NCBI RefSeq assembly: GCF_964355755.1 | Contig: NC_092680.1 | Location: 15,013,045 to 15,077,044, forward strand | Reading direction: 5' to 3' | Source of the DNA: Antedon mediterranea | Lineage: Eukaryota; Animalia; Echinodermata | DNA length: 64,000 nucleotides | Shown here: positions 42,628 through 54,169 of the stretch, piece after piece | Numbering within the stretch: the stretch's first letter is position 1 | Layout of the letters: every line of letters begins with the position of its first letter | Notes under the pieces: generated by a model | What the model saw: only the letters and a program-made list of their open reading frames with translations | Database searches by the model: none | What the model was told of the DNA's origin: nothing | Position numbers and translations under genes: made by a program

Positions 42628-45600
42628 ATGTTGTCTAAAAAAGAATCTCAAGACTTTCTGAATAGTATTCTGGGAATTGATGATTGTTTTAAGAAGTTCG
42701 AACAAAATAAAGTGCAACTCTTGTCTGATATTGCGTATTCGTTCATGCATGCTATACCGTTCCAAACGGTTCATGCGATAAATATACCGCCGGATGCGCG
42801 CCATTTACCAACGTTTGAAGAAATCAAATCATCTATGGGTCTGTTTCTGCTGCATAACGCAATTTAACCGGTTATTTTAAAATAGATTAAAAATAGATAA
42901 CAATAACAAGACCGCGTTTCTGCTCAATTTGTGCTCCGAAATAACCGGTTAAATCTATGGGTGGTCGTCGAGCAAAACGTCATCATTACCCAAAATGCAA
43001 TACACTCAGACGGAAGTAGTAAGTTGGCTGTTTGTTTACATCGACGTCGTCAGTACACACGTGTGTATATCGCCGAACATCTCAAACATGTTAAAATAAT
43101 ACAATGTTGTCTACAGGTCTACAAGTTTTGTTTTTTGTAAAGCCTACTTACTGATCGCTAATAAAATTAATTCTCATGGCGCCTTCAATAACATGGGGAG
43201 GGTCGTGCAGCGCCCGATCGCCTAGGATAATTTTTATCTAGCCTAAAATTCATCAACAAAGGCGATGATGATACGGCCCTTACCACGTGAACGACTGTTG
43301 TCTTTCGCGAGCGCGGTCCTACAAAAAACCAAACGGAAACAAAAACGAGACTTAGAATGTTGCAATACCTACCAAACGAGAGTAGATAATTGTTAATTAA
43401 TTATGATTCATGAAACCCTAACTTTTATAGCAAAAATCGTCCGAATTTGTGTTAAAAACGACGAGTTTAGCCACAAAAACTTAAATCAAACGAGAGTATC
43501 CAAGTCATAGAATATCGCACGCACATAGTGCCTTTAATAGAATAATGAGTACAGTATTAAACATTGTTTCGCATAATATGTACTAACATAAATAATAACA
43601 CATTTCTATGCTTAATAAAATCATATTTAATATATTATCAAAGGCTCTCATAACCTTTGTTTTCGGTCGATGTGATGTTTTTCTAAAAAAATTTTATAAA
43701 ACGATCAAATTAAGATTGTTCATAGTTCTCCTATTAAAGGCACTAAGGGCGTGCCATAAATACGCTCGTTTGGATTAAGTTTTTGTTGCTAAATTCATCG
43801 TTTATAACATAAATTCGGATGATTTTTGCTATAAAATTTGGGTTTTCATAATTAATTAACCATTATCTACTATCGTTTGGTAGGTATTTGCAACATTTTG
43901 AGTCCCTTTTGTTTCCGTTTTGGTGTTAATGTTATGCGCGATTTGAACGATTTGCGCAATTTGAAATTGCGCAAAAAAAAACCTTGCGCAATTTGAATTG
44001 AAACATGTGTTTCAAATTGCGCAAGCAACGTATTAAATTGCGCAAGTAATCTGCAAATTGCGCAAGGTTTTTCGACAGATTGTGAAATCATGCACACCCA
44101 TATTTTTATAGTAATTTCTAAGAATGATTCAAAATTAAAGATAAATATCGCATTTCCTTATTTTAGTAGTGCAAATATTGTTATAAGTTAGCATACCGTC
44201 GAAGAACCGACAAAGGAAAACGAAGCGGTGGTGTTCCACCAGGCGGGCGCGGCGCGGGCGGCCGGCTATACTACTCTAGCCTATCTAGGGTCTGGACTAC
44301 TGATACTGACTAGGTTACATGGCCTAGCTTAAACTAATATTAAAAACTTAAAAAGTGAGTATTAAACATTATCTTCATTGAAATGGTCTTATTTATATAA
44401 TAAAATACTAAATTTTAAACTCCTCTGCCTAGGCCTAGCCTAGCCATGTATGGGAAAATTTACAGTTCGTTTTCAAATTGCGCAAAGGTGTCATATTGCG
44501 CAAGAACTATCTTGCGCAATTTACAAATTGTGCAGCGCAATTTAAAATTGCGCAAAGATTTTCTTGCGCAATTTAAAATTGCGCAAGTTGATTGCGCAAT
44601 TTGAAATTGCGCAAAAAAATCCTTGCGCAATTTTAAATTGCGCAAGAATTCTTTGCGCAATTTAAAATTGCGCAAGGATTTTTTTGCGCAATTTCAAATT
44701 GCGCAAATCGTTCAAATCGCGCATAACATTAATATAGGACCATCCATACCCTTCGCGAGAGCGTGTACTAACGCCTCAAATTGCTTAGCTTGGGTAGTCC
44801 CCGGAACTCCACCCCAAATTCCTCTTTTACTTTCGCAAAAATGCTCTTATTTATTATCTGTGATTCTTTTCTATTGCCTGCCATCCTTCCCCGTACTTTC
44901 TCTCCCTCCACAACTGAATAACATATCTTGTGATTTCATTCATCCACATACATGTTCACTTCTTCGTTCGACTGTCAAAACCACGAGGAAAACACACATC
45001 GTATGCGACGGTATCTGACCCGGGGTCACAACTGTCAATCAAATAACCGTTATTTCGTGTTGCAGCTAAGAATTGCTCAGCGATAACCGGTTAAACGGCG
45101 TTCTAACACCGATTTAAATTGGTGTTTTTAACCGGTTATTTTGCGCTGCCTTTTAACCGGTTACCACAAATTTGTCCTGTTTCTGCTGCCAAGAAAATGG
45201 AGTTAATTTATTCACACCGATTTTAATTTATTCACACCGATTTTAACCGGTTATTTTTATGCAGCAGAAACAGGCCCTATGATGACGCGGCAAGGAGGCA
45301 GTTGCTATTCGATGAATTACTTCCTGAGAGAGGTTCTTGTGTCTATTGGTTACCATGTAGACTATGCAGGAGCAAAAGCATTCGGCATCGACAACTTACA
45401 CCTGGCTCTAATCGTTCGGTCACTCGCACAGTTAGGAGATTCACACTTGGTTGACATAAGCACGGCCTTACCAACATGGCTAGTTATACCCCTTGATTTC
45501 AACGAAGCATCACCTGTGTACAAACAAGGATTTTTAGAATATAAATTTACTCGTAAAGGTAACAATACGATATCTTTCTTCACAATACGTAACGTCTCTG

Positions 45601-46004
45601 ACAACACAGTAGGAGAAGAGGATAAGTGGTTTTTATTTTATGAGATTTGTCTAACACCTCGTACAATTGACGATTTCACAGCAAACCTGCAATCACTATA
45701 TGTTGATCCTTATTACTGTAAATTCCCGTTTTTGCTGCAGGCTCGCGCGGTAATCATGAGCAACGGGCGATTAGTTGCAATTAAAGATAAAGAATTTATT
45801 TACAAAAATGATAAGGATGAATTAGTAACCAAACCAATCTTAACGAATGATGAATTACATAGTATTCTACTGAAATATTTTCCTCAAATATATAAGTTCA
45901 ATAGTAACATAGTAGAATTGATTAATGTTATGAAGTTTGGCAATCTTAACACTGGGGGTGATTGTTTGCGCGCGCATGTGACGTCAGAAACATCTTACAC
46001 ATAG
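42628..46004 (+). CDS. Arylamine N-acetyltransferase (NAT family), coding halves 42628-42838 and 45274-46004, interrupted by a transposon (spliced gene or insertion-disrupted allele)
   Basis: The N-half has AIPFQT (the PFEN-type motif). The C-half has RQGGSCYSMN (RGGxC catalytic Cys), DNLHLAL (His) and HLVDIS (Asp), so the catalytic triad is intact. Removing the insert plus one TAT gives a continuous 310-aa ORF (..EEIKSSM-MTRQGGSC..). Confidence 0.85.
43315..44741. mobile_element. Inverted-repeat (MITE-like) element nested in the NAT insertion
   Basis: ~190-bp diverged inverted arms, 43315-43500 versus 43760-43925 plus 44733-44741 (GGTCCTA...TAGGACC). The right arm is split by a younger insertion. 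Confidence 0.6.
43930..44728. mobile_element. MITE with TTAA flanks and TTGCGCAA palindrome arrays
   Basis: ~50-bp perfect TIR TGTTATGCGCGATTTGAACGATTTGCGCAATTTGAAATTGCGCAAAAAAA; TTAA at 43926-43929 and 44729-44732; many AATTGCGCAA units in both subterminal regions. Confidence 0.8.
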
Positions 46005-47082
46005 AATTGTGTTAAGTTGTTCAGGCCAATTAAATTAGATTATAAGAACATATAAAAATTATTGTATTTTATTACAATATATCTTTTATATTATATAGGT
46101 CAATTAACATCTATATTATTATCTATATGGGGATGAGAGCTAACATTGTGTCTGAGGTTCGTTATGAATTTAGTTAGGCCTATAGATTTTAAACATTTTA
46201 TCAAGAGTCTTAAATATTTATAAGTCACCTTTTTATTCCTAGATTGTTAATGTTTTATTTAATTATAATACTTTTAGATTTTAACTATTTCATTGATTTA
46301 AAATTGTGTATTAAGAATTTCAATGTATTTTAATTATGTTCAATTTCCATTTTGGTGAGCCACTTGACACTTCATTTTCATTGTTAAATAGTCGTGAATA
46401 GGTCTTTGCCAATATAATTATAATAATATAACACCATCTGCCATTTTTTTATACTTGCAATATTATGTATTCATCTATTCTATTGATTGATTGATTGTAG
46501 ACCTCTAATAAAACTTATTTATTCAGTATTTTATTATTTAACTTCTGTATTTTTGTTTCAATAATAGTCAGTATAATTCAATTAATAATCAGTTTTTTTT
46601 TCTTTTGTTATTTATCATTACTGTAATAATCAATGTATATTATATATTTTATAATTAACATTTTCAGATCGTATGTTAACGTACGTGCATGTTTAAAAAA
46701 TATTAATGTCAATAAAATGATAAAAATGATCACTTATAATTCGTCAAAGTGACGAATTAAATTTTAGTTACTATTATTATATCGCTGCAATAGTAATACA
46801 ATCGCTACTAAGTACTGTTGACTGTACTGTTATCATCTTTTATTTATTGGGTCTGTTTCAGTCTGCTGCATAACGCAGAATAATCGATACATATAAGTTA
46901 CCAATCTTTAAAAACTAGGGAAAATCAACATTCTTTCTTACACAGTATTTCTGTGCGAGATTGAACTCTATGATAATATTTCGTTTCTCTCCCTACTTTA
47001 CGGGCATACCCACCAATATTATTTAAACAAGAAATATTTCTTACAAAAAAACGCTGCTCACTTGTTGACGTAACAGTTTTTT

Positions 47083-47293
47083 TAAAGATATTGTCTGCCT
47101 AAAAAATATATTTTTTTTAAATTTGCTTTTGAATGTGTCATTTTAAAGTCACATGTGTGACTATATGTAACTATAATATATATTTTTTGACAGAAGTGAA
47201 TAACTTTATTAAAATTACTGCAAAATTACGTAGTACCTAAAGTCTGATTTTATTAATCTTCATTTTTCATGTTTTTGGTAGACAATACATTTT
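47083..47293. mobile_element. Degenerate inverted third copy of the TTAA-flanked MITE
   Basis: AAGTGAATAACTTTATTAAA...AAAGTCTGATTTTATTAATCTTCATTTTTCATGTTTTTGGTAGACAATACAT is the reverse complement of the MITE start. Confidence 0.55.
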
Positions 47294-48531
47294 AAATTAT
47301 TGTTCTTTCTTCGGAAATAATGATTTTTTTATATATTATTTTCAATCAGTAGAAACATTTTGTGTAATGTAAGTATATAGTCTGGCCTATTGTACACAAC
47401 AAAAATATAATAATAAACTAAACTATAGTAGTTTACTGTGAGTAGATAGTAGTCCACTTAACCACACAAAAATATAAATAAGTATCCTACTTTAAATTTA
47501 TTTAATTCAAATCACTCAAAACATATAATACCAACAAGGTGGGTTATATCCAATACGTTAGTTTATCTTTATTGCTAAGGTAAAGTCTGGGGTCAATTCA
47601 TCAAGCCTAGATGTCAACAAGTGATAAATGGCCAGTGGCACCCTAGAGGTTTTCACCCCAAAAAAGTTTTGATTATTTGACTATTTATTTATTTAAACAT
47701 TTTTTATTATAATACCGGCCTAGGTTGACAGCATGCACAAAGTCATTATTTATTTTAATAGATTTTACAGTTTACCGTTTACATGCATCTCAATAATACT
47801 GTATTGTGTTTTCATAGACTTTTTTATCTCCCAGGTTTCTCCTTGGGGTTTGTAATTTGAGCTTGACCTGTCCGAGTTTACAAAATTCCAAACCTGTCAG
47901 CCTCTAGAACTATAGCTTCCGCTTGATATAGCTTCTGAATGAGTAGTCCTCTGGGAATATAGCTGGCTAACGCCACGGCGCGAAAAACAGAAGAAAGTTA
48001 CGGCGGTATTTGGAAATGGTAATGGCACCAGGTAGCTGCGTATATGGGCACACAATGAGGAGAGCAAGGAGGTCTAGTCTCTACTCCAAGCCAAATAGGC
48101 CTGCTTTTATTTTCTTTCTTCGTCTCCGGCATTCAATGTTGTAATATTTATTATCACTCGACACCATTACAACAGTGTTAAAAGCATGCTTTAAAAAAAC
48201 CAAGTAAAACTTGATTCATAGTGCATTATTAATAGTGTATATTGATGTTAAACAATATGACATTACAAAGATCAAAATAAGATAACATTGTTGTACAGTA
48301 GCCTATAGATATACAAAAAATGGATTAATATAAGTTCAAGTGTATTTGTGATAAACTACTGAACCTGTAAAGAAATGATGCATTTTTATTCTGTATTATG
48401 AAATTAGCAACTTTCTGTTTGTTTCATCAAAGTTTCATTTCAGTCACCGTGTGTTTTCTTATCGTTTTTTATTTTAGACATTTGAAAAAAGAAAGTAACT
48501 GTATTCAAAATGAGTGAGAATTACTACCATA

Positions 48532-49903
48532 CTAGATGGTACGCTCGCTTCGCTCGCGTACCATCTAGGTCGTGCCTACAGATGGTTCTCGAATACACAG
48601 TAATTTCAGGGTAAAAAATCTGGCGATTTTAAGTGCACGTACCGCAGGACTATAATACATTGTCGTTTACAGAAACGAATAAGTAGACACGATGATTTAT
48701 GTAGTCAACCAAAATTAGCACCCTGGGAATTACTTCCGAAAGAGAAACTTACCACAAAATGAGTCCAAATTGTTTATTCATTTAAAGAAACCCAATTAGG
48801 GTTGAGGGATGGGAAAGAGGATAGGTACAAAGAGGAACAATTTTTTAATATATTCTTTATCCACGTCAGTAACGAAATATTGTTTTCATTTTTTATAGGC
48901 CTATAAATAATATACCACTAACGGTGACTAAATATAGTAAAACATTTGCGATTTAATACTTTGTTAAAACTGTCACTGTCATAGTCGATTGAAATAGTAA
49001 AGTACATGTAACGATACACCACTACGACGTTTATATTTTTTGTAATTATTAATTAATGCAAACGTTGAGATGCAACTGTCAGTAATAAAGTTTATTTGTA
49101 TATTACGTGTTTATATATCTAACAGTAGAGCCTACCCATAATCACAGTAATAAAGTTTATTTGTTTGTATATATTTTTTTACATCTAACAGTATTCACAG
49201 TAAAGAAATGTTTGTATATATTTGTTTACATCTAACAGTATTCACAGTAAAGAAATGTTTGTATATATTTGTTTACATCTAACAGTACGGTATTCACAGT
49301 AAGAAATGTTCGATTCAAATGACGACCAAAAATGGTTAATAGGTATTTGCAGTACTGTATTGTCAAAGTATTGCAAGTTTATTCTCCAAGGGCTCATAAA
49401 TTTACCTACTTGTGTTAAACCAAACTGGCAGACTGAGAGATTGGAATGTTCCATTCATCGCAAATATACATTTGTAAAAACGTAAATTAAATCTATCAAA
49501 ATAGTATTTTTTAAAGAAAATCGGCCTGTCTTCAACATTATGATGCTGTTCTCGAGCAGTTCAACCGGTTTTCAGCTATTAAAAACAATTATCGTAGGAG
49601 GAGATAGGAAAATGCGAAGCGTCCTCGTATTATTGTGTGCGGGTATTTTTCAAGTTGGACATCCATTTGACAGTGTATACCACGACCGGAAAACACCCCT
49701 ATTTGGGGCAAATCGTTGAACCTAAATTCGTTTTAATCGTCAATAACTAATTATCTAACTCAATTTAATTAGTAAACAGGGTTACATCAGGTGGTTAAAA
49801 TCAGTACCAAAAGTACGAACCAACTTTATATACCATCGAGTAAAAATTCTAGAAATAAACCGCGATTTATCGAATTTTGCCCTTACGTAAATTTATATAT
49901 AGA
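48532..49903 (-). mobile_element. Non-autonomous Helitron, most complete copy
   Basis: Minus strand begins A|TCTATATATAAATTTACGTAAGGGC and ends with hairpin GGTACGCGAGCGAAGCGAGCGTACC followed by ATCTAG|T. No TSD. Matches three other copies in the window. Confidence 0.85.
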
Positions 49904-50173
49904 TAACTCAGGTTTTTAGCAGGTTGTTTTATAACCTTAAAACAATAGTAACAATGTGAATAGGATGTATTGGAAAAAAGGCTACCGCAACAACCACAGC
50001 AAATAACATCAGCGCAAAACAGGGAACTATTCCTAGAAATATATTGTTATTGTCGTTATCAATTGTTTTTGGAAGTACTTAAAACGTGTATTCAGGAAGA
50101 ACAGAATGTTCGAGGTTTAAACATCATTTGTTTATTAACTTGTCGATGTGTTAGGCCTGTACTTAAAACAACT

Positions 50174-53100
50174 ATGAGCACGTATACTGTGTTTCGTCTG
50201 TTGATAATTTCTGCTTTAGTGAGTAGATCAAGTGTACATTGTTCCACAGATATAGAATGCAGCTTTGAGGAAGACACGTGCACCATACATAAAGACCACG
50301 GGACGACTGCCCGTTGGATAAGATGGTCAGGGGATTCTGCAGGTTTTGTTGATCATACTTACGGTAATAATTCAGGTAAGAATCTAGCCGGTTGTCGTCG
50401 ATATCTAAACGTGTGGAATATCATGTGTTTCAAGTCATAGACATTAATACCCTCATCATATCTTTCATTCATTCATTCGTTTATTCAGGCGCGCGTATTG
50501 CCTGACTTTATTAATTTTAAGCCTCTGACTCCTAGCTTTTGATAAACAATACAATGGCCTTAATTTTGTAAAATTAAGTAAATATTATGATTTAAAAAAT
50601 GATTAAAAGAAAAGATTATATCTAAAATTATGAGCATGATAAATATATTTGAATAACTTATTATTATTTTTTGGATCTCGTGATTAAACTATATACTATA
50701 CTATACAGGCATGCAATTCGGAATTTGTCTATGATATGGAGATGGAAAATTAGAGAAAACATACTAAAAATTATGTATATAAAGTCATATTATTTAACGT
50801 TTACTTACAGCTGGCGGTTCAATATAGGCATATGCATATTTTGTAATTTAATTTGTTCTTTAGCGTTAAATAATACAAATATGCACAGTTGTTTTGTACA
50901 ATGTTTTCGAATTGTCTTGTCTTATTGGAGTGAACAAGTGTTATTTGACAAAGTTACATAACACTATTTTTTATTTTAGAAGAAATATATATATATATAT
51001 TATGTTTTTTTTTTTATTTCTGCAGGTTTCTTTATGTCTGTCCATACACCTTTGGCAACTGAAAGTGGAACTGCACGGCTTCTAATAGAATTATTAGACG
51101 GCGGCCAAAAGTGCTTGGTTTTTTGGTATAAAATGTTTACCCAAGATGGATATGATGAAGGAACACTACGTGTATACCAAACATACAGTGATGCCTACTT
51201 TGAAGAGCCAATTTGGAATGTTACAGACAATTTTGGAGATATCTGGAGACCTATTGAGTTGGACCTAACGCGTAGTACTAAATTTAAGGTAGAGTAAAAC
51301 AAAGAGACATTTGAAGCAGCATTATCATTTTAAATTATAGCATATTAATTGTCTATGTAAAAGTTATGTAACAATTATTGTTTAAAGGTTATTATCGAAG
51401 CAGAACAACCCCAAGAAAGCTCAATATCGATTGATGATGTTGTCATAACAGAAGGAAGATGTTTGGGAATATGTAAGCAAACTGTATATTATTGTTTTCT
51501 ACGCTTACTCTCTCCACTCTCTTTTTATCAGCCTGTGCCTCCTTTGTTATTATTTCTTTTATTTCAATCTATTCAGGCAGCGCTGCTGTATATTCTCAAT
51601 TTTGTCCAAGTACTCTCACTTGCACGGATGAAGAGCTAGTGTTGTCCGAAAGTTTTGCGATTTTTTTTGGCTGTTTTACTTTATCGTTTTACTTAGTCGT
51701 TTGCTTATTTTATTGTTTATATCCATTTATAATTTTTTTTTTCAGTAATTTTCCTTTGGATTTATATAATTGTAGTTTACATATTCACGTTTCTATCTGA
51801 TATTCTTACGAGTAAATATATTATATTTTTTATAACATTTTCGAAAATTAAATTTTTCATTGCAGTACTAATATATGTTAATGGCATGGATAATGAACAA
51901 TTATAAATTTAAACAAAGAGCAAGTAGTATAAGTAAAAGTACTAAAGTGTGACTTTCAACATTACTATATTTCAGATTCTGTAAAACCTAACATATCTTG
52001 CACATTTGAATACAACAGCTGTGGATACAAAACAGACCCTTCTTTTGATGTTGATTGGATGCGACTACAAGCAGACGACGGGGGGTATAGACATGGACCA
52101 GATGAAGACCATACACTTGGATTTGACTATGGTACGTCAATATCAAAATGAATAATACAAAATAAAACGTATCGCTGAATATGACCAAAAATGCAGAAAA
52201 TGTCTTATTCTTTAATTTAATTTCTAGGAAAATGGGCTTATACCCTTGCTTAATTAATTATGTTTTTTATGTGTTTTTTTTTATATATTTACTCAATACA
52301 GGGCATTATTTGTGCGTAGATCCTTTTACTACTCCACGATCTACAGGTCAGAGAGCCAGCATTGTATCACCAATTCAGAACACAACTGAAGACGACGACT
52401 ACTGTGTTATGTTCTGGTACTACGTATATCTTTCAAGAGGTGAAATGTTTGTGCTTTTAGAGCAAAGTAACCAAACAGATATCATGTGGAACTTCCCGGG
52501 CGACTTCAATTATCTACCAGCATTGTGGCGCAAAGGTAGTTTTCAAATAACAAACACCGATGATTCATTTCGACTGATCTTTGAAGCAATTCGTGGAGAA
52601 CGTGCAAATCATGGTGCATTCTGCATTGATGACGTTCAAGTTGTTAGTGGAATTTGCCCAACAGGTAAGTTTTATGTGAAAAATCCTTCTAAAATTTGCA
52701 ATATACATTCTAGACCCGCTACACAATCTGTAAATTATGCAACTATATACTTTATTTTAATTCAGGTTAATTTATTCTAAAGGTACTCCCGTTAATTAAT
52801 TGTAGGTCTAGACCTACTGATTATGCTTTTTACACATGTGTGTTTTCACCGCACATGTAGGAGGACTGTAATAATTTAATTGGTATAAAATCTGTATTTC
52901 TATGTATTGTAGAATGATCTCTTGTTATTTTTTCCTTTGCTGTTTGTAACGAAAATAGATTTTCATATTGTTATTAATTGTTTGCAAAAACAGAACACCC
53001 GCCACCCACTACGGAACTATTGACAACCAAAGAACCGTGGCAAGTAAAAAGCGTAGAAGACGCAGGTTGCACATTTGAGGACAATGATTGTGGCTATGGT

Positions 53101-54136
53101 CCCTATGATGATCAGGCGACAAGTTGGGGAATAAGACAAGGATATGACCATACTGTTGGAGAAAATGGTAGGATTGAATTTAGGTTTAGGGTATTTTAAA
53201 ATGAAATAAAGTATTAATGTTGAGATTGTCATAAAGTATCTTTTTATTTGCTGGAAGCGTTTCCTGTTGTGTCAATTTGTAAATGTGCTGAGATGATGTT
53301 TGTGGCTTAATCCTTTGACAAAAAAAAAATTATTTTCTGAGTTGTATGAGTTGCCATATTGTTTTATAGGACATTATTTGGGATTTAAGCAAAATAAGCC
53401 TGGTTGGGCTTATCGGACTCCATACATTACCAGCAATAGCGTTTCCAACTGTTTGACATTCTATTGTATGTGTCTTGGAGATATATGTCCATTCGGACCA
53501 TTAAACATCCACATGATGGAGCAGTCTGTCGGTGAGGACCCGGCGTTACCACATGATCCAATTTGGGTAATAAAGTCTGGTGGAACCTCAAGGCAAAAAC
53601 ATTGGGAAAAGATACTGATAGATTTGCCACCAACGAATGACAATTTTACGGTGAGGTTGATAAATTGCAGCATATAACTAAACGTACATACATTAAACAT
53701 ATAATTGAATGCAGATTTTAAGTTAATTCTTTCATGTTTACATTACGGGCGCATTAATGATATGTTGTGTCGAAAATAACAAACATTTCTAGGCACATTT
53801 ATCGCGCACAATCACTCAATTTATTCTTTGATCTGTTTAAATAACTAATTTAATTAGAAGTTAATCATTTTTGATAGATTGTTGTCAAAAATAAGTCCAT
53901 ACTTATCCACTTTTTCTAAATTCTTATTAATTTGTTTAAAATAATAATTTAAATTTGAACAAATTAATAAAGCTAACGAAGCTTTCATTCATTTATTAAT
54001 AGGTGATTTTTGAATTGTCCAGTGATCTTATATATGAATTAGGTATTGATGACGTAAAGTTATACAATAAAGAATGCTCGGCAGGTAACACACGTTTAGT
54101 ATTATTATTATCATCATCATCATTATCATCATCATC

Positions 54137-54169
<33 letters not shown>

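Larger units (their letters stand above)
42837..45277. mobile_element. Non-autonomous TIR DNA transposon, PIF/Harbinger-like, inside the NAT ORF
   Basis: 21-bp TIRs GGGTCTGTTTCTGCTGCATAA (42837) and TTATGCAGCAGAAACAGGCCC (ends 45277), one mismatch. 3-bp TSD TAT (42834-42836, 45278-45280). Subterminal TAACCGGTTA palindromes at both ends. No transposase ORF. Confidence 0.85.

Noticed and set aside
44460-44730. Regularly spaced palindromic repeats resembling a CRISPR array or coding repeat (ORFs MRNFKLRK...)
   Set aside because: No unique spacers and no cas genes; they are subterminal repeats of a MITE in eukaryotic DNA.
49970-50173. N-terminal ORF extension of paralogue 3
   Set aside because: Starts at TTG and is homologous to the non-coding upstream regions of paralogues 1 and 2; the signal peptide begins at ATG 50174.
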